A model generated the notes under the pieces. That model was given only the letters and a program-made list of their open reading frames with translations. It was not told the DNA's origin and did no database searches. A stretch of DNA of 58,704 nucleotides, filler included, from Catajapyx aquilonaris (Eukaryota): the NCBI GenBank assembly GCA_000934665.2. It is 3 parts of 3 records of this genome, joined end to end, with 100 filler letters (N's around TTAATTAATTAA, not from the genome) between each part and the next. Parts side by side here need not be neighbours in the genome. Positions count along the whole stretch, not along the records: positions 39,199 to 58,704 come from KZ539541.1; 2 more parts are not named here. The stretch is one strand, 5' to 3'. The first letter of the stretch is position 1. The number at the start of each line of letters is the position of its first letter. Below, piece by piece: positions 39,231 to 51,404 of the stretch. A program made the position numbers and the translations under genes.

Positions 39231-39695
39231 CCGTATTTACTCGCATATAAGACGCACTTTTTTCCGATTTTTGTAGTTCAAAAAGTAGGGTGCGTTTTAT
39301 ACGCGTGTGCGTCTTATACGGCAGGGCACAACGGGTGAAACCCGTGAGAAATCGTGAAAATCGTTTATTGAAAAATTTAAAAACATCGCACATTCGAATC
39401 AGTCATCGTCGCTCTCCTCGGCCGTCCACACACGTGCACAATTCCGGTATGACCTTGCCACCTATACGTTTCAGATGCGTAGCATTGTCCCATTTTCCAC
39501 TTGTCCCCACACGCACATGCATTGCACATGCATTGCACACGAGGTTGCTGCCGGCAGCTCGAGGCCAGTTCCCAAACTACGGCAATAAATCTGGGTGCGT
39601 CTTATATGAGTCAACAACCGATTTTTCACAATTTTTCGCCTCAAAACCGGGGTGCGTCTTATACGCGTGTGCGTCTTATATGCGAGTAAATACGG
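39231..39695. mobile_element. pogo/Tigger-like MITE
   Basis: TA-ccgtatttactcgcatataagacgcac / gtgcgtcttatatgcgagtaaatacgg-TA perfect TIRs with subterminal repeats. A decayed relative lies at ~20186-20315. Confidence 0.88.
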
Positions 39696-39699
39696 TACT

Positions 39700-39778
39700 C
39701 TGTCCGATCCGGGAATCGAACTCGGGACCTTGGAGGTGAAAGGCTGCGGCGCTAACCACTCCGCCACCGTGTCGCCCA
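39700..39778 (-). mobile_element. tRNA-derived SINE head
   Basis: The minus strand reads gggcgacacggtggcggagtggttagcg...gagttcgattcccgg: pol III A and B boxes, but no proper acceptor stem. Similar heads lie near 47960-48035 and 56590-56665. Confidence 0.6.
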
Positions 39779-39925
39779 GTAACAGATGACAGTATCATAA
39801 AGCCATACAGCATTATTACCTACACAAAGGGCAACTGGCTCCATCCCTCATGTTGCCCCGTCACTCAAATATGCCCGTATCAGCTATTATCAGCTATTAT
39901 TATTAGCCTTAATCATAGCCTACTG

Positions 39926-40076
39926 GCAAGGGGGTAATCACTCGACTGAAAAGTGTACACTGGAGTACCAAATTCAAGGAGTACCACGGAGTAATAAAGA
40001 GTGAGGTGCCTGAGGAGTACCAGGGAGTACCACTCCCAGGTGTACACCGGAGTACCGAAGTGATTACCCCCTTGCC
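39926..40076. mobile_element. Small TIR element filled with GAGTAC(C) tandem motifs
   Basis: ggcaagggggtaatcact / agtgattacccccttgcc inverted ends. A second family member lies at ~55795-55960. Confidence 0.65.
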
Positions 40077-40119
40077 TGCTGGATCCAGATCCAAAAGTCT
40101 TATATATGTTCATTTACAT

Positions 40120-40567
40120 AATGTCATCCCAGCCTATGCCATGGCGATCAACAATAATTCGCCCGGCCAGATCAGCGCGTTATCATTTCCGTGGATGAAC
40201 CTGTCTTCTCCCAATCATGGCCAGCTCCATGTGGCACTGTCCCGGTCTCGCAACCCAAGTCAGGTCAAAGTGTTCACTACTCCTACTGCTCAACACGGAA
40301 CATTGCTCTCCAACAACAGAGTGTTTGCACACAATGTTGTCCATCGGGAGGTTTTATGAAAACTTCTCTCACGTCCGATTCAGGACGTGTACAGTATGTC
40401 CATTGAGTCAATGCCACTCAATTTCTCAACCCCGTCTTACGACCAGCAGCTATCCAGCTATACTCTATTTCTTAGTTGTCACGCCGCGAGCCCTCTCATT
40501 CAATTTTTTCATTACCATTGTCTTCCTCATTGCAGGTTTTGCCAAATTTTGGCTACGGGTGCGCTAG
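40120..40567 (+). mobile_element. Helitron 3' remnant (PIF1-like helicase C-terminus + CTAG end)
   Basis: PAYAMAIN..SPGQ...HGQLHVALSRSR...NVVHREVL-stop resembles the RepHel motifs AFAMTINKSQGQ/HGQLYVALSR/NVVYREVL. Ends CTAG|T at 40564-40568. Confidence 0.8.
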
Positions 40568-41015
40568 TAATAATAATAATGATAATGATAATAATAACAA
40601 CAACAACAACAACATATAATTCAGCATTAATTCTGGCAAATTGACTTATGTCTGCCACTGCCTTGATTGTATAGGATTGACTCCCAGATGATTGGCTTGA
40701 ATGAGGTCGGGCAAGGACAGGGTACTTTGAAAGTGTGACAATAAAATAATCAGGATAACGTTGGGAATTTATTTAATATTCTAACAAATTTTAGTATATA
40801 ATAATATTTTGTATAATTTAAGATATTCGCTATTATATTGTCATTTTACTGTTATTAAAGTGGACTTGAAATTCTGACATGCCTATTTGTTTCATGTACC
40901 TTGACAGGCATTCCCTTTGCCACTTCATGTAACTTATGCCAAAGAATCATTCTCTTCAACTTATCACCTCCCCATACATTCCTCAGTTATAAGTAGATTA
41001 CTGTACAATAATGTA

Positions 41016-42524
41016 GGAGACTGGGGCACAGTGGACCACGGGGCTAGATAAAAGAATTGCAGGTGTAATTAGCCAAAGAGGCCTTACCACCTGTGGGCAA
41101 CAAACCGACAATGTCCGGCTCCCAGATCCATACAGTCTGGGGCCGGGGCATACGAAACGCTCCAAGTCAATATTGTCCCAAGGAAGAACCGGAGCCGAAG
41201 CCCCAGACCCCCGGAACCAGCATTAGCCCAAGCCCCCCTGGGCCAGCGCCCAGGGGGACCAAACCTCCTACCCACGCACACCAAAATCCCAAGAAACAAC
41301 CACGAACAATATTATGAACTACTCAAAGAAAAGAGAACCCTCTCAGGCCCCACAACCCCCCCTCAACTGCAAAAGACAGACAACCCCCCGCCCCCTCCCC
41401 CCAACAACTAATGTTCCAACAAATGTCCTCAACACTCCAATACTCTCCCAACAACTCCAATCGCAGCCGACGACATCAATCATGGATCGAGGACAGGAAC
41501 TTATCAGCCGCCAAACAAAAACGGCTAAGTGACGCCCAGTAAAACTGAACCAGGTCTGCCAGTGCGCACGGCCAATCCAGCCCCCCCTTCACCATCACCT
41601 GCAACAGAAGACGGGGGCTAGTGGACCTTTCCATTTTAAAAATCGAAAAAGCCGCCAATTTTTTTCATCTGGTACCTCGTGAAAGAAGTCACTGCCACGC
41701 TCCTGCCAACGTGGCTGGCAACGGCTAGCGATCAATCGATCGATAGATATCCAGCGAAATCGATTTGAAGATATGTGAAGTAAATTACTAACCCACAGTT
41801 TAAATGCCATTTCAGGCGTAGATGTTGGTCATGAGACTGATATAAAAATGTTGTGGAATAGTGCCGCCCTTTGTCCATGAATACCGGAAGTTTGGTAAGC
41901 CTAACTTGCAATCGAAGTTACAATCATAGCATTATGTCAGTTGCTGCTGTCCGGGGCACAGTGGTCCAGTCGTTTGCGGGGCACAGTGGTCCATGTATAC
42001 CACTGTGCCCCGAAATGCACACTGTGTCCCGAAATGAACAGCTGTAAAAAATGTGAGACAAATTATTTTAAAAATGCGAATTAGGTAGAAAAAAGGGCAA
42101 AACTGTGATTTTGACAAACCACCCTCCAAATGAACAACTGTAAAAGAAAATGTGAGGCAATGATTTTTAAAATGTGAATTAGGTAGAAAAAAGGGGCAAA
42201 ACTGTGATGTTGACACAGTCCTCAAAATGAACAGCTGTAAAAAAAATGTTAGGCAATGATAATAAACTTCTTGTGTGAATTAGGGGTCCCAATCACTTCC
42301 GGACCACTGTGCCCCACCTATCGGGGTACAGTGGACCATTTGCAGGGGGTCGCTTCTAATTTTTTTTAAAGCCAAAAGGATGGCACTGCCTGTGAATATA
42401 GTAGTGACTTATATTACCAAGGAGTATCTCCACCATGCCTGAAAATATTGGGTGTGTAGGTATAACAGGTAGGTATATAAAAATTCAAAGGTACAAAAGT
42501 GGTCCACTGTGCCCCGGTCTCCCC
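41016..42524. mobile_element. TA-flanked DNA transposon with GGGGCACAGTGG subterminal repeats
   Basis: ggagactggggcacagtggaccac / gtggtccactgtgccccggtctcccc termini, internal copies of the motif and a ~100-bp internal tandem duplication. Confidence 0.7.
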
Positions 42525-42657
42525 TACTAAATATTGCACGACTAAATAATGTATTTTTCTCTTATTTGTATCATATGAAGGAGCACTGCAGATTGGAACG
42601 ATGATTCTGGCTTACATTATGAATATCAAGCAGTGCAATTCTCTACCTGCACCATTC

Positions 42658-44399
42658 GTATCATGGGGTCTTTTTTGATCCAAATCTTACGAGAATTAAC
42701 AGAGTCAAGTAACTAATTAATCGAAGGCCAAATACTGTTCGGTATTCCCCAAACACATACAGTATTTGCATACTGGTTAATTTTCTTGAAATGGGGAAAT
42801 ATTCAGGGCCCTCAAAAACAGATATAATCATTGTGGAGTGTATCTGTTGTAGGGTACGTATTAGGTGGCACCAGGTACTTTTATCTATACGTCCGAAATT
42901 ATTAATTGTACGCCATTTTATGTAGAGCTCATCATTCGAGACGTTATACTCGTACATAGTAAGCATATTTGGAAGTTCCTAGTGAATTGTAAGTTGCTGT
43001 TCTGCTATCTATAATTATTGTACACATGCCAGTGTATTTGCAGTTTTTAATACCCAATCTAAGCATCTAACATACGATATATCGAATATACGATCGTATA
43101 TAAAGCCCCAATCCGAGGATATAGGATATAGGATGGAAAAGATATTGCACTTCCCGAGGTCGTAGAGCTCTGGTCCAAATTCCGTTGGATTCCTTGCCCC
43201 CGCGATATACATTGGCCAAAAATCCTCAAAATCCCAAAATTCCCAGCCGTTTTCGAGATGGCCAAAAGTCGACTTTTGCACACGCCACCTGGACCATCTG
43301 CTTGTCGTTAAGCCGGGAAAGAACAATGGCCCATCCACCCTCATCTCCGGAGACCTCTCAGCATACATATGGTTACACCCCGTCCCCCTGGCCCCACCCC
43401 ACTTTTCCTTTTTTCACCAGCCGTCAGCTACGGGCGCATTCGTGACGTCACGGGTTCTGTAAACGTATGGATTTCTGTAACCGGATGGATTACGGCGGAA
43501 TACGGGCACCGCGCCGAAGGCGCGCAGGTGGGGCGCACGGCGCAGCCCCACGGGGGGGTCCGGAGCCCCACCGGCTCGCAAAGCGAGTAGGTAAATAGGT
43601 CTGAGGATAAGGCTTCCTTTGCTCCGGCGAGTAGAGGGGACGTCCCTGGCGGGGTCGATAAGGTGCAAGGGAGGTGCCATACACGTCGGCTTGGCCAGGG
43701 CGTGCGGAGTAGTGGCTGGTGGCGAGGGGCGGGGGGGGGGGGGGCNNNNNNNNNNNNNNNNNNNNNNNNNNNNNNNNNNNNNNNNNNNNNNNNNNNNNNN
43801 NNNNNNNNNNNNNNNNNNNNNNNNNNNNNNNNNNNNNNNNNNNNNNNNNNNNNNNNNNNNNNNNGGGGGTGGGACTGGTTGTTTTTAGGTTTATTTTCAC
43901 GAGTTTTAATTATTAGTTCATATGTTGGGTTAGCTTGCGTCTCCCTTCATCGCTGACTACTCCTCATAGGGAAATGTCGTGTTGTTGATGTTGATGTTGA
44001 TGTTGTTGTATATTTGTGTATTTGTATTTTTGTATTTTACATGTCATTCAAAATTTAATCACACGTATTGGAAATTAAAATAATATCATCATCACGACAT
44101 TGAGGGGTAGTCAGCGATCAAGGGAGACGCAAGCTAACCCAACATAATTATAAACTAATAATTAAAACTTGTGAAAATAAAACTATAAACAACTCGTCCC
44201 ACCTCCCACCTCAGACGAGGGACATTGAATATTAAATTTAAATATTACACTATGCAATACGGTACTTCGCCAAACAAGCACACCCCCCCCCCACTCTACC
44301 TATTAAAACAATATAATTATTAAATATCACCTGGGGTCAAAAAAGACTCCGTGATACTACAGTAGTTACGTTGCTCAGATTCATGATACTACTTAAGGG
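42658..44399. mobile_element. Decayed piggyBac-like element with nested insertions
   Basis: Inverted gtatcatggggtcttttttga (42658) / tcaaaaaagactccgtgatac (~44337-44357), right end aaggg-TTAA. Contains a Helitron-like piece and a ~100-bp-arm inverted repeat (43868-44203). Confidence 0.45.
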
Positions 44400-44405
44400 T
44401 TAAAA

Positions 44406-45259
44406 TCTTCTCTATATCTATAAATAAGGAAGTTTGGATGTTTGTCCCTTATAGAAATCCAGGGGAAGGCCCCTACACCGCCTTAAATTAGCATATCGGG
44501 GGTTACTTTTTCCAAGGAATCTAACGCCGCATGTTTCAGCTTCCGAAAATGTACCTAACTCCCACAACACGCATATTCCTGCCTCAACAATTAGCTTACA
44601 TCAACAAAACAACAATAAATCAATTTGCATTCCCATGGAAATGCCTCTCTCTTTTTTTAGCTATTTACCTCCCTGCATCGTACCGCAGGGAGGGAACCTT
44701 TATTTCGTCTTGATGGAACCTTTTTGACGTAGCGCCCGGGCCCACGGGCAGGGTGACTGGGAGGGGATGTGCAAGGTGCAAGTGCAATTCTCAAACGGTA
44801 TATTTTGTGAACTCCCCCGGGTAGATTAGTCTGAGGAGATTCCACCCGAAACGAAGCCAGAGACGACCCAACTCTGCACGGGATGAAGGAGGGAACCCCG
44901 GGCTGGGATCGAACCCGACGTTCCCGCAGCGCCACTTTATATTACTCCTATATTTCCCATCATACATCTGTACGTACATTTCTAAAGTTATCCAGAGCAA
45001 ACAAAGGAACGAGGTGGGGGTGTGAAGCAGGGGTTGGGGGGGAGATGGGGTCAAGGGGTCAAAAATGCAGGGAAAAAAACACATGGCTGTGCAGTCTTTT
45101 CCTTGGCCAACTCCATCCGTATTCCTCCTTTTACACATCCAATCAGAATATCCGTGTCGACTGTATGCTATAAGACAAGCAGGTAATCTATCACAGATAT
45201 GTACCCTTATCTTTACCACCACCCCCAACATACCCGGGCAACGCCGGGTAACCTGCTAG
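44406..45259 (+). mobile_element. Complete non-autonomous Helitron
   Basis: A|TC 5' start (tcttctctatatctataaat), 3' hairpin cccgggcaacgccggg then CTAG|T, no TSD. Confidence 0.85.
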
Positions 45260-45264
45260 TAAAC

Positions 45265-45431
45265 AAATTATAATTACAAATTAAAATTACAAATTATAAT
45301 TACAAATTATAATTACAAATTATAATTACAAATTATAATTACAAATTATGATTACAAATTAAAATTACAAATTAAAATTACAAATTATAATTACAAATTA
45401 TAATTACAAATTAAAATTACTAATTACAAAT
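45265..45431. repeat. 13-bp AT-rich minisatellite (aattacaaattat)n
   Basis: About 12 tandem units immediately after the Helitron end. Confidence 0.9.
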
Positions 45432-46005
45432 CTTTAAAAAACTAAATATTGTATAACAATCCGAAGTACGCGTCAAATTGCCTACTGATGAATGACACAA
45501 TGGGGCCAAAACGTGATCATAATATATTCTCAGAAACTGACGCCATTTAATTTAAATTAATGATCTCAACATTTCCCCGAACAAAGACCTGAGAGCATCA
45601 CAACCCGAGAGTTGTCAATATGTTCGTCAACAATATTTTTGCATAATTACATTCACGACATAACTGGAAATTTTAAATGCTTCTGACATAATTTGCACTT
45701 TACGTAAATGTAAATTTCACATTAATTTTTAGTATAGTGTGGAAGCATGTCAATAAGTATTTTGCAATAAATCATGCATGAATCCTTGGATATAGGTACT
45801 GTACGTGTAAACATGATTTGGAATGGGACGACAGGAAGAAGCACATTCTCTAGTATACTGCGTAAAACACTCATCGTTGCAGATAATGAGAACTCACAAA
45901 GCATATCGACATGAAAAGTTAGAATACAAATGGCCCGTTTCCACCGGCATAATTTTTGAGCACAAAAAGAAAAGCACAAAAAGAAAAGCACAAAAATGGA
46001 ACACA

Positions 46006-46900
46006 GTCTGGACACAGTCTTGATGCATCCCATCGCCCAACTCATGCTCTTTCAGGTCGGGATCGAGTTCGACCAGGACTCGAGCTCGCTCAAGGTGATG
46101 GCGAACTGTCATTATTGCAATAACGGTAGCGCAAAAGTGGTGCATGTCGCTCAATATACGAGGGGTAAAGCCATACCCGATTTGTTCCCGGATTATTCAA
46201 CTAATATGAAAGGTAGGGTAATTCATGGTGCAAGGCCGTTTGACTTGTCCAAGGAAGACTTGCAATACATGGTGGACAATTCACTGCCAATGTTTGGTCT
46301 CTTTTTGTTCCTGCTTTTGGCAAGTGATGCCCGGTGATGCCCTTAATTTCGAATGGATTCTGGAAGGAGCGGTAGTAGATGATGGTAAGGCTCCAGATAT
46401 CTTGTTGGCTGATGGTAATTATACAGGCCCAACTGGTGAAATTATTAGGGGAAGAGCAGAGATTGGGAGCACTATTATAACACTGATAAGTCCAGTTGTT
46501 CAAATAATTTTGCCTCTCTATTACGCTCAGATGACGTTTTCCACCAGGATTTCAAGACCTAGTTACTCCTGGAATTCCGTATTGATGCCTTACACTCCGG
46601 AAATGTGGGTTTTGATATTCCTGGCCACTTTGGCAGGCAGCTTTGTCCTTTTCGGCCTGCTAAGAATAGAGAGCACTTTCCGCAACCCTTTTCCAGACAA
46701 GGGTCCGTCCTATTCCCTCTTCCTCTACTCGGCCAGATACCTGTTTTCCACCCTGATCGAGGAAAACCCCAACACCATCCCCCGAGGTGACCCCTCCAGA
46801 CTCTTCATCTCCTTCTGGTGGATCTATTCCCTGGTCATCATCATCGGATACAAAGCCTTGTACTTCGGCTTCTTGGCATCTCCACTGCAGGAGGATTTGC
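46006..46900 (+). pseudogene. Ionotropic receptor pseudogene (5'- and 3'-truncated, frameshifted)
   Basis: Homology to the IR at 49449 begins abruptly at gtctggacacagtc and ends at gaggatttgc. A 10-nt duplication (gtgatgcccg gtgatgccc, ~46324-46342) shifts the frame. Confidence 0.88.
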
Positions 46901-47214
46901 GCTGGCTACAAGGTGGCTATATTGGAAAAGGATCTTTGCGCAGTGATAAGAGATTGTATGAAGCTTAGCACAATTATGGGAATTTAGCAGTTAATTAGAT
47001 GGGTTTCCAAGCAATATTTTGCGTATAATCGTTCTTTGAACCCGTAAAATTCACCGCAACGTTTTTTATGATTCCCGAGTAGCCGCACAGAAATAGTCAT
47101 AGCTGTTATGCTATGCACGGCCTAGAGTACGGGAGCTGCGCATGGATATGGCTAGAGCGGCCTTTCAATGCGGTTGGAATGATATATGAGGCATAGGGCT
47201 AACATGACATTCAA

Positions 47215-47560
47215 CATGCCAAACAAAGTGTTTCTCTCAATCTCCCACTTCTTCATCAATGTTGGAAATATGCTTGGACTTTATAAAAATGGCTCTCACT
47301 TAGATGTGGCACAGGCATTGATTCCAATAATTCATGTACTCTTCTGTAGAACTTAGGCAAACACATGCAGGTAGGGTGATGTTACCCAGAGCTGGAGAAT
47401 GTTTGCTGTCATGGAGGACTTCCTGGTCACTCTCCCATGTTAAGTTATGTCCATTTAGGCATTCCATGGTAACTCTCAGCATGCTCTTTTCTTTTCTCTC
47501 AACTGGTTGGCCACACTGGAGGCACCTGCACAGTAACTCGTCCAGTTGCTTATCGTGAAC
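47215..47560 (-). mobile_element. Transposase relic, tentatively Kolobok-type
   Basis: LDELLCRCLQCG...SMLRVTMECLNGHNLTWES...ALGNITL and, in another frame, LSESHFYKVQ...KKWE. This resembles the CxxC...CxxxH region of Kolobok-like transposases (recalled, not searched). Confidence 0.4.
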
Positions 47561-49448
47561 GATATCGTAATATGAAATTATTCAGAGCGTCACTTAACTC
47601 AGGAGTTTCATATTAATCATATGAGGTATCATCTGGCGCACATTGACTAACAATGCTAATGTCAAGACTGGACTCTGTGGGTATAACACAAGGAAAATCA
47701 TGGATTTCAGTACTTGGCCATAGCGTAATGAAATATTGTTTTAAAATTAGGACTACCTTCAATGTATTATTTGCGGTAATAGTAGTACACATAATATATT
47801 AGGTACAAGAATTTCATGGTGATATTATTTTATAGAGCCTCATACATCACGTCACGTCACCACATGCTGTCGGCATCATGTAAAGACTGTATTCGTGTAT
47901 TAGTACTCCAATATTCCTGTTGGAATATTCACGCTGACAGACAACGGTGGCACAGAAGTCACCAACCTTCAGGTTCAAACCACAACTTTGGGTCAAGAGG
48001 CGAGCGCTGTAACCACCAGACCACCAGCGCCGGCAAGTAACAGTGCTGTGGTGATATGAGCAGATTACCTGTCCAGGGTAATAGGTAGCATGTCGCCCAC
48101 GGAAACCCCCTTCGAAATTGGCGCAAACCCATGACCCGACACCAGTACGGACCAAAAACGGCGTGGACCAAAGATGACTGAAGATTATCCGAGATTATCA
48201 TAATTTCTGCCAAGTCCCGGTTGGCGGCGCGTGCGGAGGGGGCAGACTGAGTCGGGCGGGCAGCTATCTTGCGCCAGATACGAATTGTCGAACTTTGATG
48301 GCTCGCCCTGGCCTTACCGTTCGTTTCTCAGGAAACCTGCTTATACCCTCGGAATCAGACTTTTTTGCCCGATTTTTAGAGCCCAACGTGTATTTTGAGT
48401 GGAGTGTCCCTTTAAGGACGACTGATTCTTTGCTGAAGTTATAAATAATATTCATATGACGTGAAACAAAGACGAACAATTTTAAATGTAACAAAGTAAT
48501 GTTACATTAGTGATTTTAAGATACTCACTACGTTAGTATGTAGGCTACTGATAATTACTCGTATTATGAAGTAACATTTCTTATGAACTCCCCATTACTC
48601 TTTTCACACGTCATAATATGGAAATAACTCTTTCTATATACTCCTATCACCTTCCCATACAAGTATTGCCTCGTCAGATGTACGTATGTTTGCCTAATTT
48701 TCCACCGACAAAATGTTCCCCATTTTTTCTTTCACGTGGAATAGTACGCCAGATTGGTAATATTGCGGTGTACTGGTTTGTATGGCGGGAATAAATCATT
48801 GTGCATATCTATGACATTATAATAGGTTCGAAGTGTATAACTATAAAAATAATACTTAGTCTTAACCGCATTGCCAAGCAAGGCATTTGCGGGTCCTTGT
48901 GCATAAGCACAAACATTACTTGGAGGGAGAGAAAAGAGGAGAGAAAGAGACGGTAAAAACACTCCCTGTTTCGGGGTTCTAGGTTATACAAACTAGAGAG
49001 TGCGTGACAGCGAAGTAGGTTGTAGGCATTTCAACTGCACTGCTACGTAGTGCACGTATGAAAGATGTATCCTACAATAGTGAAGTGCATGTAGGTTAAG
49101 TGAGCAATTTCTTGGCATGAAAAGTCGGAAGGGAAAACATCATTATCATGTCAATGTCAGCAATTGTAACTCACAAATGGACAGATATAACAACCCCTAA
49201 TCATGCATCACATATTTTAATATTCTGCAAGCCGAAAATCCGTAACATTGCATCTTAATACGACCCTGTTAGTGGTAATTAGTTTCGGAGCACAGGAAAG
49301 GACAGGAAACGTGCCTATTTGTCCATACATAATTTCTTAATGAGTTCGATGTAGACTTCGCAAGGCTGGCAAAATATATTGACAGCTCAATATTTCGGGC
49401 AATTGATATAAAAGTTCGGGGAATCAATAGGAGAAGCTCAGTTCCAGC

Positions 49449-51404
49449 ATGGAAGCGATGGGTGTAGCAGTTGTTGTTCTCTGTGCAGTGGCTTCCCTTA
49501 CATATGGTCAAGTGCAGGTCATATCATCTTCACCCTGGTCGGAAGAGGAAGAGCTGGTGACTTCCCTGGTTCAAGATGCCCATAGATCAAGACCCGAGTG
49601 TCTCCTGGTGTTGTGCGGCGACTGGTTGGTGTTCCCCTCTTCGTTTAACCGGCTGATCAACAATGGATCGGAGGAAGTGGCGGTGGTGAGGTGGGACGGG
49701 ACACCAGTGGACGCCAGTGGACAGTACTGGTTCTCCTGGCTGCACAGACCGGAGGCCAGGAGACTGGACCCCTGCGCCACCTTCCTCTTCGCCTTCGGGA
49801 CACTGGACACCTTGTCTCCTCTGGTGGTCCACGCGGCCACTCTTCACCTCATGGACACCGGAAGGGACAGGTTCCTCTTCTGGCCCAGGGACGGAGGTCT
49901 GGACACAGTCTTGATGCATCCCATCGCCCTACTCATGCTCTTTCAGGTCGGGATCCAGTTCGACCAGGACTCTAGCTCGCTCAAGGTGATGGCGAACTGT
50001 CACTATTGCGATCAAGGTAATCCAAAAGTGGTGCACGCTGGCCAATACTCCAGAGGTAGTGACATCATCAAATTGTTCCCAGATTATTCTACTAATCTGC
50101 ATGGTAATGTAATTAACGGCACTGGCCCGATTGACATATCCAAAAAGGAGTTGCAGTACATGTTGGACAATTCATTGCCAATGTTTGGAGTACTTATTTT
50201 TCTGCTTTTGATAAGTGACGCACTGAATTTTGACTGGTATCTGGAAGAAGCGCAATTAGATGACGGTGAGATTCCTGAGATATTGTTGCCCGATGGTAAT
50301 TATACTGGTCAAACTGGTGCCATTATCCGGAGAAGGTCGGAGATAGCCCTCCTACCCTCAACCTCGGTAAATTCTGTTGTGCAAGTAATTCTCCCTGTTT
50401 ATTACATGCAGATAACCTTTTCCACCAGGGCATCGAGGCCAAGTTACTCGTGGAATTCCGTCTTGATGCCATACACTCCTGAAATGTGGGTTTTGATATT
50501 CCTGGCCACTCTTGTTGGCAGCTTTGTCCTTTTCGCCCTGCTAAGAATAGAGAGCACTTTCCGCAACCCTTTTCCAGACAAGGGTCCGTCCTATTCCCTC
50601 TTCCTCTACTCGGCCAGATACCTGTTTTCCACCCTGATCGAGGAAAACCCCAACACCATCCCCCGAGGTGACCCCTCCAGACTCTTCATCTCCTTCTGGT
50701 GGATCTATTCCCTGGTCATCATCATCGGGTACGAAGCCTTGTACTTTGGCTTCTTAGCATCTCCACTGCAGGAGGATTTGCCAGAATCGTTTCAAGAACT
50801 CAACAGTAGGCGTCAAAAATGGCAATGGGGAACTATGGAAGCGGTTAAGCCTTATTTAGCAGGTGTTTTCTCCGACAATGATTTAGAATTCTTTAAACCC
50901 ATTGCTCGGGACATGATTGATCAACCCGACTTTACCGCATGTGTTCGAAAATCAATAGCTGAATATTATGCCTGCATAGGTCCATTGGACGTACTGCTAT
51001 CAATATTTGGCCTATATGTAGACAAGGCGGGAAATATTCCATTGACGACTGCCAATGAAGCAAGTATGTTAGTGTTAGCTGGATACATTTTAGACAAACA
51101 CAGCAAGTTTGGTCCAATTATTGACAGAATGGCATTTTATTACTTAGATTCAGGACTTATGGCTTATCATGGCAAGTACTTGGAGTATACATGCCATCTA
51201 ATAGGACTCAAGGAAGCGAGGAAGTTGGATCGATCTTACCAGCACTCAATGGCTTTGAAATTTGACCAACTGAGAGGTGTGATGATTTTTCTTGCCACCT
51301 GTTGTTGGGGTTGTGGTATGCTCTTGCTCATTAGTGAAGTATTGTATGTAAGAAATATGCAAAATGTATTACAGAATAACAATAATAAGAGCGTAACCTC
51401 GTAA
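49449..51404 (+). CDS. Divergent ionotropic receptor, intronless, 651 aa
   Basis: Signal peptide, S1 lobe, LMPYTPEMWV TM1, pore region, RLFISFWW...GYEALYFGFL TM2, S2 lobe, and TM3 LKFDQLRG...ISE. Confidence 0.92.
   Translation: MEAMGVAVVVLCAVASLTYGQVQVISSSPWSEEEELVTSLVQDAHRSRPECLLVLCGDWLVFPSSFNRLINNGSEEVAVVRWDGTPVDASGQYWFSWLHRPEARRLDPCATFLFAFGTLDTLSPLVVHAATLHLMDTGRDRFLFWPRDGGLDTVLMHPIALLMLFQVGIQFDQDSSSLKVMANCHYCDQGNPKVVHAGQYSRGSDIIKLFPDYSTNLHGNVINGTGPIDISKKELQYMLDNSLPMFGVLIFLLLISDALNFDWYLEEAQLDDGEIPEILLPDGNYTGQTGAIIRRRSEIALLPSTSVNSVVQVILPVYYMQITFSTRASRPSYSWNSVLMPYTPEMWVLIFLATLVGSFVLFALLRIESTFRNPFPDKGPSYSLFLYSARYLFSTLIEENPNTIPRGDPSRLFISFWWIYSLVIIIGYEALYFGFLASPLQEDLPESFQELNSRRQKWQWGTMEAVKPYLAGVFSDNDLEFFKPIARDMIDQPDFTACVRKSIAEYYACIGPLDVLLSIFGLYVDKAGNIPLTTANEASMLVLAGYILDKHSKFGPIIDRMAFYYLDSGLMAYHGKYLEYTCHLIGLKEARKLDRSYQHSMALKFDQLRGVMIFLATCCWGCGMLLLISEVLYVRNMQNVLQNNNNKSVTS

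Noticed and set aside
39700..39778. Functional tRNA gene
   Set aside because: It has A/B boxes but no paired acceptor stem. Similar degenerate heads recur, consistent with SINEs.
45484..45515. Hammerhead ribozyme core (CTGATGA...AAAC); similar at ~13258-13305
   Set aside because: The GAAA core and flanking helices are not properly formed.
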